A stretch of 32,801 nt of DNA from a virus (lineage: Duplodnaviria > Caudoviricetes). This document shows positions 21,057 to 28,180 of this stretch, one piece after another. The first letter of the stretch is position 1; each line of letters opens with the position of its first letter. Location: positions 1 through 32,801 of IMG/VR virus record IMGVR_UViG_3300030376_003488; one strand, written 5' to 3'. The notes beneath the pieces are model-generated. The model was given only the letters and a program-made list of their open reading frames with translations, had not been told where the DNA came from and ran no database searches. The translations under genes and the position numbers were made by a program.

Positions 21057-22025
21057 ATGGCGAATCCAGTCTTACAATTTAAAAGAGGTAACCTTGCTAG
21101 TCTGCCTGGGTTACAAGCTGGAGAACCAGGTTTTACCTCAGATAAATTTGATTTATATGTTGGTATAGACTCTACGACAAGTAATAATAAGTTTATAGGT
21201 TCAGGAAGATTTTGGGAAGAAGGTAGTGCTACAGCAGCGTCTGGAGTAAAACTTGTAGAAGCAAGAGATAATGGAGCAAATGCAATAACAATAAAAGCAC
21301 CTGCAACATTGGGTAGTGATCAAGACTATGTAATGCCAGCGGCTGCTATCAATGGTGGATTTATAAAGAGTGATGGTTCTGGTAATCTTTCATTCGATAC
21401 AGCACCAGGTCAGGCAGCATCATCTGTAAATGTAGCAGGTGTAGGTACAGTTACATTTCTAAAATCAACAAATGCTATTGTCACTGGTATTACAACCATG
21501 GCATCTGCTAAAGTAAGTGATCTTACTTCAGGTAGAGTTGTACTTGCTGGTACTGGTGGAGAATTAGAAGATAATGCAAACCTTGCTTTTGATGGATCAC
21601 AACTAACTGTTACTGGTAACCAGAATACTACAGGTAACCTATCTGTTGGTGGTAATCTAACTATCAGTGGTTCTGTTACCCAGATCAATACTGTCAATAC
21701 AACTGTAGAAGACGTTCTTCTTGAACTACAGGTTGTAGATGGTTCTGCATTGACTAGTGATACCAACAAGGACGTTGGTCTTATAATGAATTACTTCAGT
21801 GGTACTGCTAAGAAAGCTGCTGTATTCTGGGATGACTCAACAGGTAGAATTGCTATTGGATCTGAAGTATCTGAAAGTTCTAGTGTTCTAACAGTCAGTG
21901 CATGGGGTGCTTTAGAGATTGGATCTCTATACCTGAATGACTGTGCAGGTGCAACACAAGTAATTTCATGTTCGGGAACTACCCGTTCACTCGAAAATAT
22001 AACCATAGACGGTGGATCGTTCTAG
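21057..22025 (+). CDS. Short tail-fibre-like structural protein
   Basis: N-terminal LQFKRG...L..GEPGFT.D..DLYVG fibre attachment motif, GNL.V.GNLTI.G repeats, D.GLI.NY...A.FWDDS block, C-terminal IDGGSF. Confidence 0.7.
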   Translation: MANPVLQFKRGNLASLPGLQAGEPGFTSDKFDLYVGIDSTTSNNKFIGSGRFWEEGSATAASGVKLVEARDNGANAITIKAPATLGSDQDYVMPAAAINGGFIKSDGSGNLSFDTAPGQAASSVNVAGVGTVTFLKSTNAIVTGITTMASAKVSDLTSGRVVLAGTGGELEDNANLAFDGSQLTVTGNQNTTGNLSVGGNLTISGSVTQINTVNTTVEDVLLELQVVDGSALTSDTNKDVGLIMNYFSGTAKKAAVFWDDSTGRIAIGSEVSESSSVLTVSAWGALEIGSLYLNDCAGATQVISCSGTTRSLENITIDGGSF

Positions 22026-22054
22026 CATATATAATATAGTTTAGAAACATTGTC

Positions 22055-22243
22055 ATGAACGCTGAAGAAGTAAATGCTTTATTGCAAGTGTATCAGAGTA
22101 GGATCAACGGTCTTCTTACACAGAATATAGCATTTGAAGCGAAAATTATTTCATTAACAAAGCAATTAGAAGCATTTACTAATCCACCAAAAGTAGATGG
22201 TGGTCAGGTAGAAGAACCACCTGCAGAAAGTCAACCTGAATAA
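22055..22243 (+). CDS. Small coiled-coil hypothetical protein
   Basis: 62 aa with a heptad pattern (LL..Y..RI..L...NI..EAKI..L..QL). TAATG-coupled to the methyltransferase. Confidence 0.7.
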   Translation: MNAEEVNALLQVYQSRINGLLTQNIAFEAKIISLTKQLEAFTNPPKVDGGQVEEPPAESQPE

Positions 22244-22743
22244 TGCAGTCCTACTTTAGTGGGATTTGGAAAGATCAAAATTTTGAATCTCTTGAGCATT
22301 CTGGCTATCAGTTGGTCGATTATGTTAATGCTCAAGAGCCTTCTAGTGTCTTAGATGTTGGGTGTGGGTACAATAGATTCAAAGGAAAGATAAAAAATCT
22401 TATTGGAATAGATCCCTATAATGATGCTGCTGATATAAAGGTATCAGTTGAAGAGTATATCTCAACACCATTTGAAATAGCTTTATGTCTAGGTTCTATA
22501 AACTTTGGAGATGTTGATTATCAACTAGAGAAACTTCATGTCTTATGGAGGAAAGAAGCAATCTTCAGAGTGAATCCTGGTATACCACATGACTGGGCAG
22601 ACTATGGAGACATTGAATGGTATCCATGGTCAATAGATAAGATTCATAATGTTGCTGAGAAATTCAATTATAATATAAAATGTATTGAAACCGAGTATAC
22701 TAAGCAGGGACATCTTAGATATTTTTTCATCTTTACTAAATAA
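22243..22743 (+). CDS. Class I SAM-dependent methyltransferase (minimal domain)
   Basis: Motif I VLDVGCG, post-I IGID, later ALCLGSINFG. No DPPY/NPPY or PCQ motif, so not a classical DNA methyltransferase. Confidence 0.8.
   Translation: MQSYFSGIWKDQNFESLEHSGYQLVDYVNAQEPSSVLDVGCGYNRFKGKIKNLIGIDPYNDAADIKVSVEEYISTPFEIALCLGSINFGDVDYQLEKLHVLWRKEAIFRVNPGIPHDWADYGDIEWYPWSIDKIHNVAEKFNYNIKCIETEYTKQGHLRYFFIFTK
22736..22742 (+). promoter_or_regulatory. Late promoter core CTAAATA for the ferritin-like gene
   Basis: Overlaps the methyltransferase stop, followed by AGGA and the ATG at 22766. Confidence 0.65.
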
Positions 22744-22765
22744 AACTGTAGATAGGAAATTTAAA

Positions 22766-23440
22766 ATGCTTTCTGGAACAGATTTCGTCAAGAAGATCAA
22801 GGAAGGAAACAGTGAGTTGTTTGCAGCATCACGCTCAAACGTTCGTCGTTTCTTCGCTTCTAGCCCAAGTGATGAGTATCTAGTCGAGCACTTCCGTGGA
22901 CGTATGGTCAACGAAGCTCAGAACATGTATGCTATCGCTGGTCAAGTCGCATCCGCAGATCCTTCTACAGACGTAAAAGACTTAGAACTACTAAGTAAGC
23001 AAGCTTTAGACGAAGCAAAGCACTTCCGTATGGTTAAGGAAGTTATCGAGCACATCACTGGTGGCCCATTAGATGTTGCTGCTGCTTTTGCTGCTGAAGC
23101 TGACAAGCCACAGGCAAAAGGTGCATCACTTCTTGAGAAGTATGAAGCATCAGAAGACCCTGCTGCTCTTGCTGCATATCAGCTAGTTGCTGAAGGACGT
23201 GCAGAAGCAGTTTGGAAGGAAATGGCAGATTGTGTAGATGACAAGTTCATCTCCTCACGTTATGCTACTATCGCTAAGGATGAAGGATTCCACTCTAATT
23301 TAGGTGGACGTTCACTTTCTAAGCTAGTAGAAGGTAAGGAAGAACTTCAAACTCGTGTACTTGCTCTTGTTGAGCGTATGAGAGAAGATCTACTAGAGAT
23401 TAGTAACAAGAATACTGCTACTCCTCTTGCCGTAGTTTAA
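22766..23440 (+). CDS. Ferritin-like superfamily di-iron carboxylate protein (224 aa)
   Basis: Start revised from 22685 to the ATG at 22766 (promoter plus RBS, no overlap). Ligand pattern E50, E83xxH86 (DEAKH), E143, E173xxH176 (DEGFH) in a helical-looking sequence. Confidence 0.82.
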   Translation: MLSGTDFVKKIKEGNSELFAASRSNVRRFFASSPSDEYLVEHFRGRMVNEAQNMYAIAGQVASADPSTDVKDLELLSKQALDEAKHFRMVKEVIEHITGGPLDVAAAFAAEADKPQAKGASLLEKYEASEDPAALAAYQLVAEGRAEAVWKEMADCVDDKFISSRYATIAKDEGFHSNLGGRSLSKLVEGKEELQTRVLALVERMREDLLEISNKNTATPLAVV

Positions 23441-24035
23441 AAGGTTTACGACCCTTACGAATTTCATTGTCTAACCAGTGCTCTTGCACTGGAAAGACAT
23501 ACTTATGGTTAGCATCGACAGTTATAAAATTGTCGATGCTTTCTGTCGTTACAGGGAATTCTAATATTCTACCAAGGTATTCGATATATTTTTCTTTCCA
23601 TAAGAAGAATGCCTCATGGTCAATGAAGTGACATGTCATATCCTTGAAATATTCAAGGGCAGTATCCATGGTTACTTCACCACCTACACGTTTTTGTTGT
23701 AGTTCATTTATATTTCTATCTCTTACTATAAGAGCAATAACTGGTTGTACACCTAGCGACATCGCTTTTTGTGCAACCTCTTTTATTTTGGGAACTTGTC
23801 TGACACCATCATAAAAGAAAGGTACACTGACATTAGCACAGAAGAAATTACCTGGTGGGAATGTCAACTGTTCTGGATGTACCCAGAACTTAGCAAATGG
23901 TTCTTCATCACTAGGAACCCAGTAGTTGTCCTTTAGTGAGTCCCATCCTACAACGTTGGGATGTGCTGATAATAATCTAGCAAACAAATGGTTTCCAGAT
24001 CCTTGTGGACCACAAACAATTAATAGTTTTCTCAT
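23418..24035 (-). CDS. Sulfotransferase-fold / P-loop-like protein, paralog B
   Basis: LIVCGPQGSGNHLFARLLSAHPNV resembles the sulfotransferase 5'-PSB region (G.PRSGT.LL..LL..HP). LIVRD resembles the 3'-PB motif. Confidence 0.65.
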   Translation of the reverse strand: MRKLLIVCGPQGSGNHLFARLLSAHPNVVGWDSLKDNYWVPSDEEPFAKFWVHPEQLTFPPGNFFCANVSVPFFYDGVRQVPKIKEVAQKAMSLGVQPVIALIVRDRNINELQQKRVGGEVTMDTALEYFKDMTCHFIDHEAFFLWKEKYIEYLGRILEFPVTTESIDNFITVDANHKYVFPVQEHWLDNEIRKGRKPFKLRQEE

Positions 24036-24743
24036 TTAACAATGGCAGGGTTTGTCACCACAGCAGGGAAGGTAATCACCTCGTATACCTTCCTCATAAT
24101 TTCCATCATTGGGATTTGATGGAAAAGGAACTCCTGTTTTGTTCCCATCATCTAACGGATTATGTTCTACGTAATTGATATATTTTGCATTAGCATCTTG
24201 TTCTAATATCTCATCTACTCTCTTATCATACCATGCTATTGGGAATCCTACATCTAATGACTTCAAATACTCTTGCTTATAAAGATAAAGTAATTCATAA
24301 CTTAAAAATGTTGGATTATCAAATTGACCTAGTTGATCATAAAAATGTCTTACGGTTGACTCTTCTCTTATTCTTCTTTGTTGATTTTTCAATATAGTTT
24401 GATCCCTACCTATGACTAGGATCTTTGTTTTTAGACCCGACAATTGAGCATTTGTGCAAAACTGCACCACGTTTGGACACCATTTAGTCCCTTTACTTTC
24501 TATGCCAAGTGGGATGCTTATAGAGGTAAAATAATATTGACTTTGCGTCCAGTCGAATTTATGCAGCTGACTAGGATCTCTCCAGTATTCTGCAAAGGGT
24601 TCTGAAAAACGGTGAGCTTCCCAATAATTATTGAGTAGACTCTTCCAACCAAAAACATCTTCGTGCAATGAGAAAATTTTGGACCAGAGGTGGTTGCCCG
24701 AACCTTGCGGTCCCGTTAGTACAGCGAGAGTTTTTGTCATCAT
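24036..24743 (-). CDS. Sulfotransferase-fold / P-loop-like protein, paralog A, with Cys-rich tail
   Basis: LAVLTGPQGSGNHLWSKIFSLH, VIGRD and LSYELL motifs. An AGGTG RBS (24750-24754, minus strand) favours the ATG at 24743 or 24740 over the GTG at 24752. The stop abuts the paralog B start. Confidence 0.65.
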   Translation of the reverse strand: MMTKTLAVLTGPQGSGNHLWSKIFSLHEDVFGWKSLLNNYWEAHRFSEPFAEYWRDPSQLHKFDWTQSQYYFTSISIPLGIESKGTKWCPNVVQFCTNAQLSGLKTKILVIGRDQTILKNQQRRIREESTVRHFYDQLGQFDNPTFLSYELLYLYKQEYLKSLDVGFPIAWYDKRVDEILEQDANAKYINYVEHNPLDDGNKTGVPFPSNPNDGNYEEGIRGDYLPCCGDKPCHC

Positions 24744-24760
24744 AATCAGCACCTATACTA

Positions 24761-24769
24761 ATTATAACA
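24761..24769 (-). promoter_or_regulatory. Sigma70-type extended -10 element TGTTATAAT
   Basis: The reverse complement of ATTATAACA is a perfect TGnTATAAT, immediately upstream of the only minus-strand operon. Confidence 0.6.
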
Positions 24770-24775
24770 TAAATA
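24769..24775 (+). promoter_or_regulatory. Late promoter core ATAAATA
   Basis: Intergenic, 39 nt before the ATG at 24815. Confidence 0.7.
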
Positions 24776-24780
24776 ATCTG

Positions 24781-24813
24781 GACTGTATATACAGTCGATT
24801 ATGGTATATACCA
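24781..24813. repeat. Two perfect palindromes: GACTGTATATACAGTC (24781-24796) and TGGTATATACCA (24802-24813)
   Basis: Read directly from the sequence; both share the core GTATATAC. Confidence 0.9.
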
Positions 24814-24814
24814 A

Positions 24815-26686
24815 ATGGCAAATCCAAAGATTAAGATTAAGCGATCTAGTGTCGCTGGTAAAGTTCCGCATTATCCCAATTCACTGGATGTAGGTGAGTT
24901 TGCTATCAACACCGTAGATGGTAAAGTATTCATTGCAGCAGGTGTTGGTGCAGGAATTACAGTAAGAGAAGTTGGAGTTTCAACAGCATTAGTATTATCA
25001 GGTATTGTAACATCTGGTAGTTTTGTTGGACCACTAACAGGTAATGTAACAGGAAACGTTGCAGGAGACGTTACAATAGGAACTCCTACAGGAGGTTTCA
25101 AAAGTGGGGCGTTCACTATATCAAGTAGTGATAAAACAAAAGATTCTATAAACGATCTAAACAATATATTAGGAAAATTAGTACCATCAGCACCAACTAC
25201 GATCAATGGTGTTTCACTCAGTCTAACTGGAACAGCAGGTAGTGGTAGGTTATGTGCTGGATTCACCCCAACAAATAACACTGGTGGTTCTGCACCAGTA
25301 GCAGGTACACAGTACACAAGAAATACTGATAGTACCATATCTACTAATTACATAACTGAGTATGGACCAGGAGATTCTGGAACTGTAACTGGTTATGTAA
25401 ACTCTACAGGTATAGGTAATATAGCATTATCAAGTGGAGACCAAAGTGCTACATCATCTGCTTTACAGATAAGAAATGATGAGGATGCTTCTAATTCATC
25501 AAGAGATACAGGAATAGCAGCAGGGTTTTACGAGATATATGACGTTAGAATAATCAATGCAACATCACCTGATGGTTATAACTTAGCAAAAATTATACAT
25601 GGTTCAGCAACAACTGGATCAGTTTATTGGTATGAGGATCCAAGTACAGTAGCTGCTCCAGTAATATCATACAGTACACCTATAACACCTGCATCACCAA
25701 CATTATCATACTCTTCTGGTATACCACATTATACAGAAGCATCTGCTAACGCATTCACTTATGTGATGACAGTTACTAATGCATCTGGTGACATGTATAG
25801 CTCTAATTCATTCGTAAGTAGTGATGGTCAAACAAATGGATTTCAGAATCCAGGTAGCAAGAGTTATACAGATTTTGCTTCAGGAACTAATCCACCTGCA
25901 AGAAACTATGGTGTTGGTACTGGGGTAACTTGTTTGATATCTCAGCAACCAAGGAATGTACACACTACTGTTACATCTAATGTTTTTACATCCTTTGATG
26001 CTTCAACTCCTTATGGTTCCCATAACAATCAGAGAGTAAGTTATACAACTGATGTCAATATAATGGGAACCACTGCTGTGACCTCCAGCATGGATGAAGA
26101 TAACATTTCTATATCTTCTCTTGGAACTGGGTCTGGTAACGCTACCAGAGTCAAGGCAGGTGCAACTGGAGATAATCCATCTGCTACTTATGTGTCTTGG
26201 GGTGGTGGTAGTGCTGGTTCTATTGATACTTATGAGGCAACAGTTAGAGGAGGCACATTACGTCACGACCAAACGAACTATTCAACTGGATATCTCCCTG
26301 CAGGTCCAAACTATTCTGCAAGTAGAAGTGGTAATCAGTACTTCCAGATTCAACTAATCAGGTCTGCTGTTTCTCAGTTTAGCATAACTTATGCTGGTTC
26401 TGTTGCTGGATGTTGGGTATGTATGCCCGACAACTCAACTTGGACTACTTCATTATCTGGTACAAATGGTTGGGCAGATATGTTTGCAGCATATAGAGGA
26501 TCTGGTGTTCCAACGACTGCAGAACCAGGATGTTCTTCTGGTGGACTAATGGATACCAACGGAGGTACATTCACATGTACTTTAGGAACAGAATCTTCTT
26601 CTAATGATTCTAACAATAGAATTCTGATCAGATGGAAATTGACCTCTGGACAGTCAATAACTTCAATGTCATTCACATCTACATAA
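24815..26686 (+). CDS. Tail fibre/spike-like virion protein
   Basis: N-terminal KIKIKRSSVAGKVP...L..GE.AINT.DGK.F resembles the T4 long-tail-fibre N-terminal motif. GNVTGNV repeat, then an S/T/G-rich beta body. Confidence 0.7.
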   Translation: MANPKIKIKRSSVAGKVPHYPNSLDVGEFAINTVDGKVFIAAGVGAGITVREVGVSTALVLSGIVTSGSFVGPLTGNVTGNVAGDVTIGTPTGGFKSGAFTISSSDKTKDSINDLNNILGKLVPSAPTTINGVSLSLTGTAGSGRLCAGFTPTNNTGGSAPVAGTQYTRNTDSTISTNYITEYGPGDSGTVTGYVNSTGIGNIALSSGDQSATSSALQIRNDEDASNSSRDTGIAAGFYEIYDVRIINATSPDGYNLAKIIHGSATTGSVYWYEDPSTVAAPVISYSTPITPASPTLSYSSGIPHYTEASANAFTYVMTVTNASGDMYSSNSFVSSDGQTNGFQNPGSKSYTDFASGTNPPARNYGVGTGVTCLISQQPRNVHTTVTSNVFTSFDASTPYGSHNNQRVSYTTDVNIMGTTAVTSSMDEDNISISSLGTGSGNATRVKAGATGDNPSATYVSWGGGSAGSIDTYEATVRGGTLRHDQTNYSTGYLPAGPNYSASRSGNQYFQIQLIRSAVSQFSITYAGSVAGCWVCMPDNSTWTTSLSGTNGWADMFAAYRGSGVPTTAEPGCSSGGLMDTNGGTFTCTLGTESSSNDSNNRILIRWKLTSGQSITSMSFTST

Positions 26687-26702
26687 GCGAGGATATCTAC
26701 AA

Positions 26703-28172
26703 ATGGCAGCATCAACACAACAAAAAGTAGACTTCCTCCTAAAGAAGATTGGTTATACCGCAACAAAGACAGGTATAGCAGAAGATGGAAGTATAAGTGG
26801 TACTAAAAAATCTCCTTCTGGTGAAGCAATTGCATCTCCACTAGTTATTCCTAGTACTAGCATATGGGCAGATAGTGATCTTATTCCTACAACTCCTCCT
26901 GGATCAGATAGTTCTGAAGTCAAGGTATATCTTGCTGGTACTTCTGGTCTGAGAATGACAGTAGATAGTACGATTGCTGGTAGTCGTTCTTTTATTGCAT
27001 ATACAACATATAATAATACTGGTTCTGATAGATTAACTAACTGGATTGATACTCAGTTTGGTTCAAGTTATATTATAAAAGTTTATAAAGGTGATCCCAA
27101 TTCTGGTGGTACTCAATTATCTGCTGCTGGTTCTGGTAATAGTGATGGTTGGTTTTTTGATTATTCATCTGGTGTTCTAAACTTCAATGATACAAACGTA
27201 CCAAGTGGAGTAACAGATACTAATATCTATATTGTAGGTTACAGATATATTGGTACAAGAGGAGTTGCTTCTTCAACTGGTGTTACTGCACTTACTCACT
27301 TAACTGTAAGTGGAATTGCTACATTCTCCAATTCACCTATTTTTTCAATAGGTGTAAAATCAAATCAAATACACACTACAGGTGTATCAACTATATCTGG
27401 ATTCCGTTTTCCAACGAGTGACGGGATAGAAGACCAGAGTCTTGTCACAGATGGCTCAGGAAATTTGAGCTTCAAGACTATTACAGGTGGTGGTGGTGCA
27501 ACAGGTGCAGCAACCACAATATCTACAGGTATTACAACAGCCACATCAGGACAAACTGTATTTACTACAACCCATCCACATAATGATGGTACAGATAGTT
27601 ACAGTCATCAGGTATTCTTGAATGGTCTGAAGATGAGACCATCAGATGCAGGTGCATCAACAAGAGAATTTGCAGCATCAAGTAATAGCACTATAACTTT
27701 TTATAATGGTGTAAATGTAGGGGATGAAGTCAGGAGTGTAGTATATTTTGGTCATACCTATGACGAGGAATACTTCACTGCTACAGAAGGTCAAACTGTT
27801 TTTGCACTGTCAGGTAATTTAACAGCACAGAAGAATTTTAAAGTATATGTCAATGGTGTCAAACTAAGAAATGGTACAGACTATGGTGTTGCATCACCAG
27901 TTACACTTCTTCAAGCTGCTAAATTGGGAGATCAACTAGACATTATGTGTGATAACGCTGAAGATCAATTCACTGCTACAGAAGGACAAACTGCTTTTAC
28001 TCCAACATCACCTGAGATATCAACTTCAAATATGCAAGTATATCTGAATGGTATTGCTTTGACCCTAACAGCAGACTACACAATAGGATCTCCATCTGTC
28101 TCCTTGACACTACCAGGTGGAGCAGGTCTCACTGCTGGAGACAATGTAGATGTAGTAATTAGACGTTCCTAA
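26703..28172 (+). CDS. Virion structural protein with three C-terminal AT(S/E)GQT.F repeats
   Basis: GAGGA RBS, WFFDYSSGVLNF block, FPTSDG...Q.LVTDGSGNLSF fibre motif, and repeats of ATxGQTxF...V(F/Y)xNG..(L/M)...GD. Confidence 0.7.
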   Translation: MAASTQQKVDFLLKKIGYTATKTGIAEDGSISGTKKSPSGEAIASPLVIPSTSIWADSDLIPTTPPGSDSSEVKVYLAGTSGLRMTVDSTIAGSRSFIAYTTYNNTGSDRLTNWIDTQFGSSYIIKVYKGDPNSGGTQLSAAGSGNSDGWFFDYSSGVLNFNDTNVPSGVTDTNIYIVGYRYIGTRGVASSTGVTALTHLTVSGIATFSNSPIFSIGVKSNQIHTTGVSTISGFRFPTSDGIEDQSLVTDGSGNLSFKTITGGGGATGAATTISTGITTATSGQTVFTTTHPHNDGTDSYSHQVFLNGLKMRPSDAGASTREFAASSNSTITFYNGVNVGDEVRSVVYFGHTYDEEYFTATEGQTVFALSGNLTAQKNFKVYVNGVKLRNGTDYGVASPVTLLQAAKLGDQLDIMCDNAEDQFTATEGQTAFTPTSPEISTSNMQVYLNGIALTLTADYTIGSPSVSLTLPGGAGLTAGDNVDVVIRRS

Positions 28173-28175
28173 ATA
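28169..28175 (+). promoter_or_regulatory. Late promoter core CTAAATA
   Basis: Overlaps the upstream stop, 5 nt before the gp13 ATG. Confidence 0.65.
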
Positions 28176-28180
28176 ACAAT

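Noticed and set aside
191-22006. Many 60-120 aa minus-strand ORFs opposite the structural genes (similar ones at 24871, 26389, 29091, 32167)
   Set aside because: They lie wholly within long, motif-supported plus-strand genes and have no recognisable motifs. They are the expected antisense shadows of biased codon usage.
22006-22035. Possible sigma70 promoter TAGACG-N18-TATAAT upstream of the cassette
   Set aside because: Weak -35 in an AT-rich context; cannot be distinguished from chance or a variant late promoter.
22243-22743. Methyltransferase as a DNA methylase or restriction-modification component
   Set aside because: No (D/N)PP(Y/F) or PC catalytic motif, too short, and no nuclease nearby.
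22685-22765. 27-aa N-terminal extension of the ferritin-like ORF, and the antisense ORF 22630-22911
   Set aside because: The extension overlaps the methyltransferase and spans the late promoter and RBS, so ATG 22766 fits better. The antisense ORF has no support.
22766-23440. Assignment as ptoX, nrdB or a true ferritin/Dps
   Set aside because: Only the generic di-iron ligand pattern is visible, and I do not see family-specific motifs.
24783-24794. CTGT-ATAT-ACAG as a LexA/SOS box
   Set aside because: The spacer is 4 nt rather than the 8 nt of the enterobacterial CTGT-N8-ACAG box, and it does not fit the cyanobacterial LexA consensus.
24631-24834. 67-aa plus-strand ORF across the divergent intergenic region, and nested ORF 26094-26357
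   Set aside because: Both overlap better-supported genes and regulatory elements and show no protein-like motifs.
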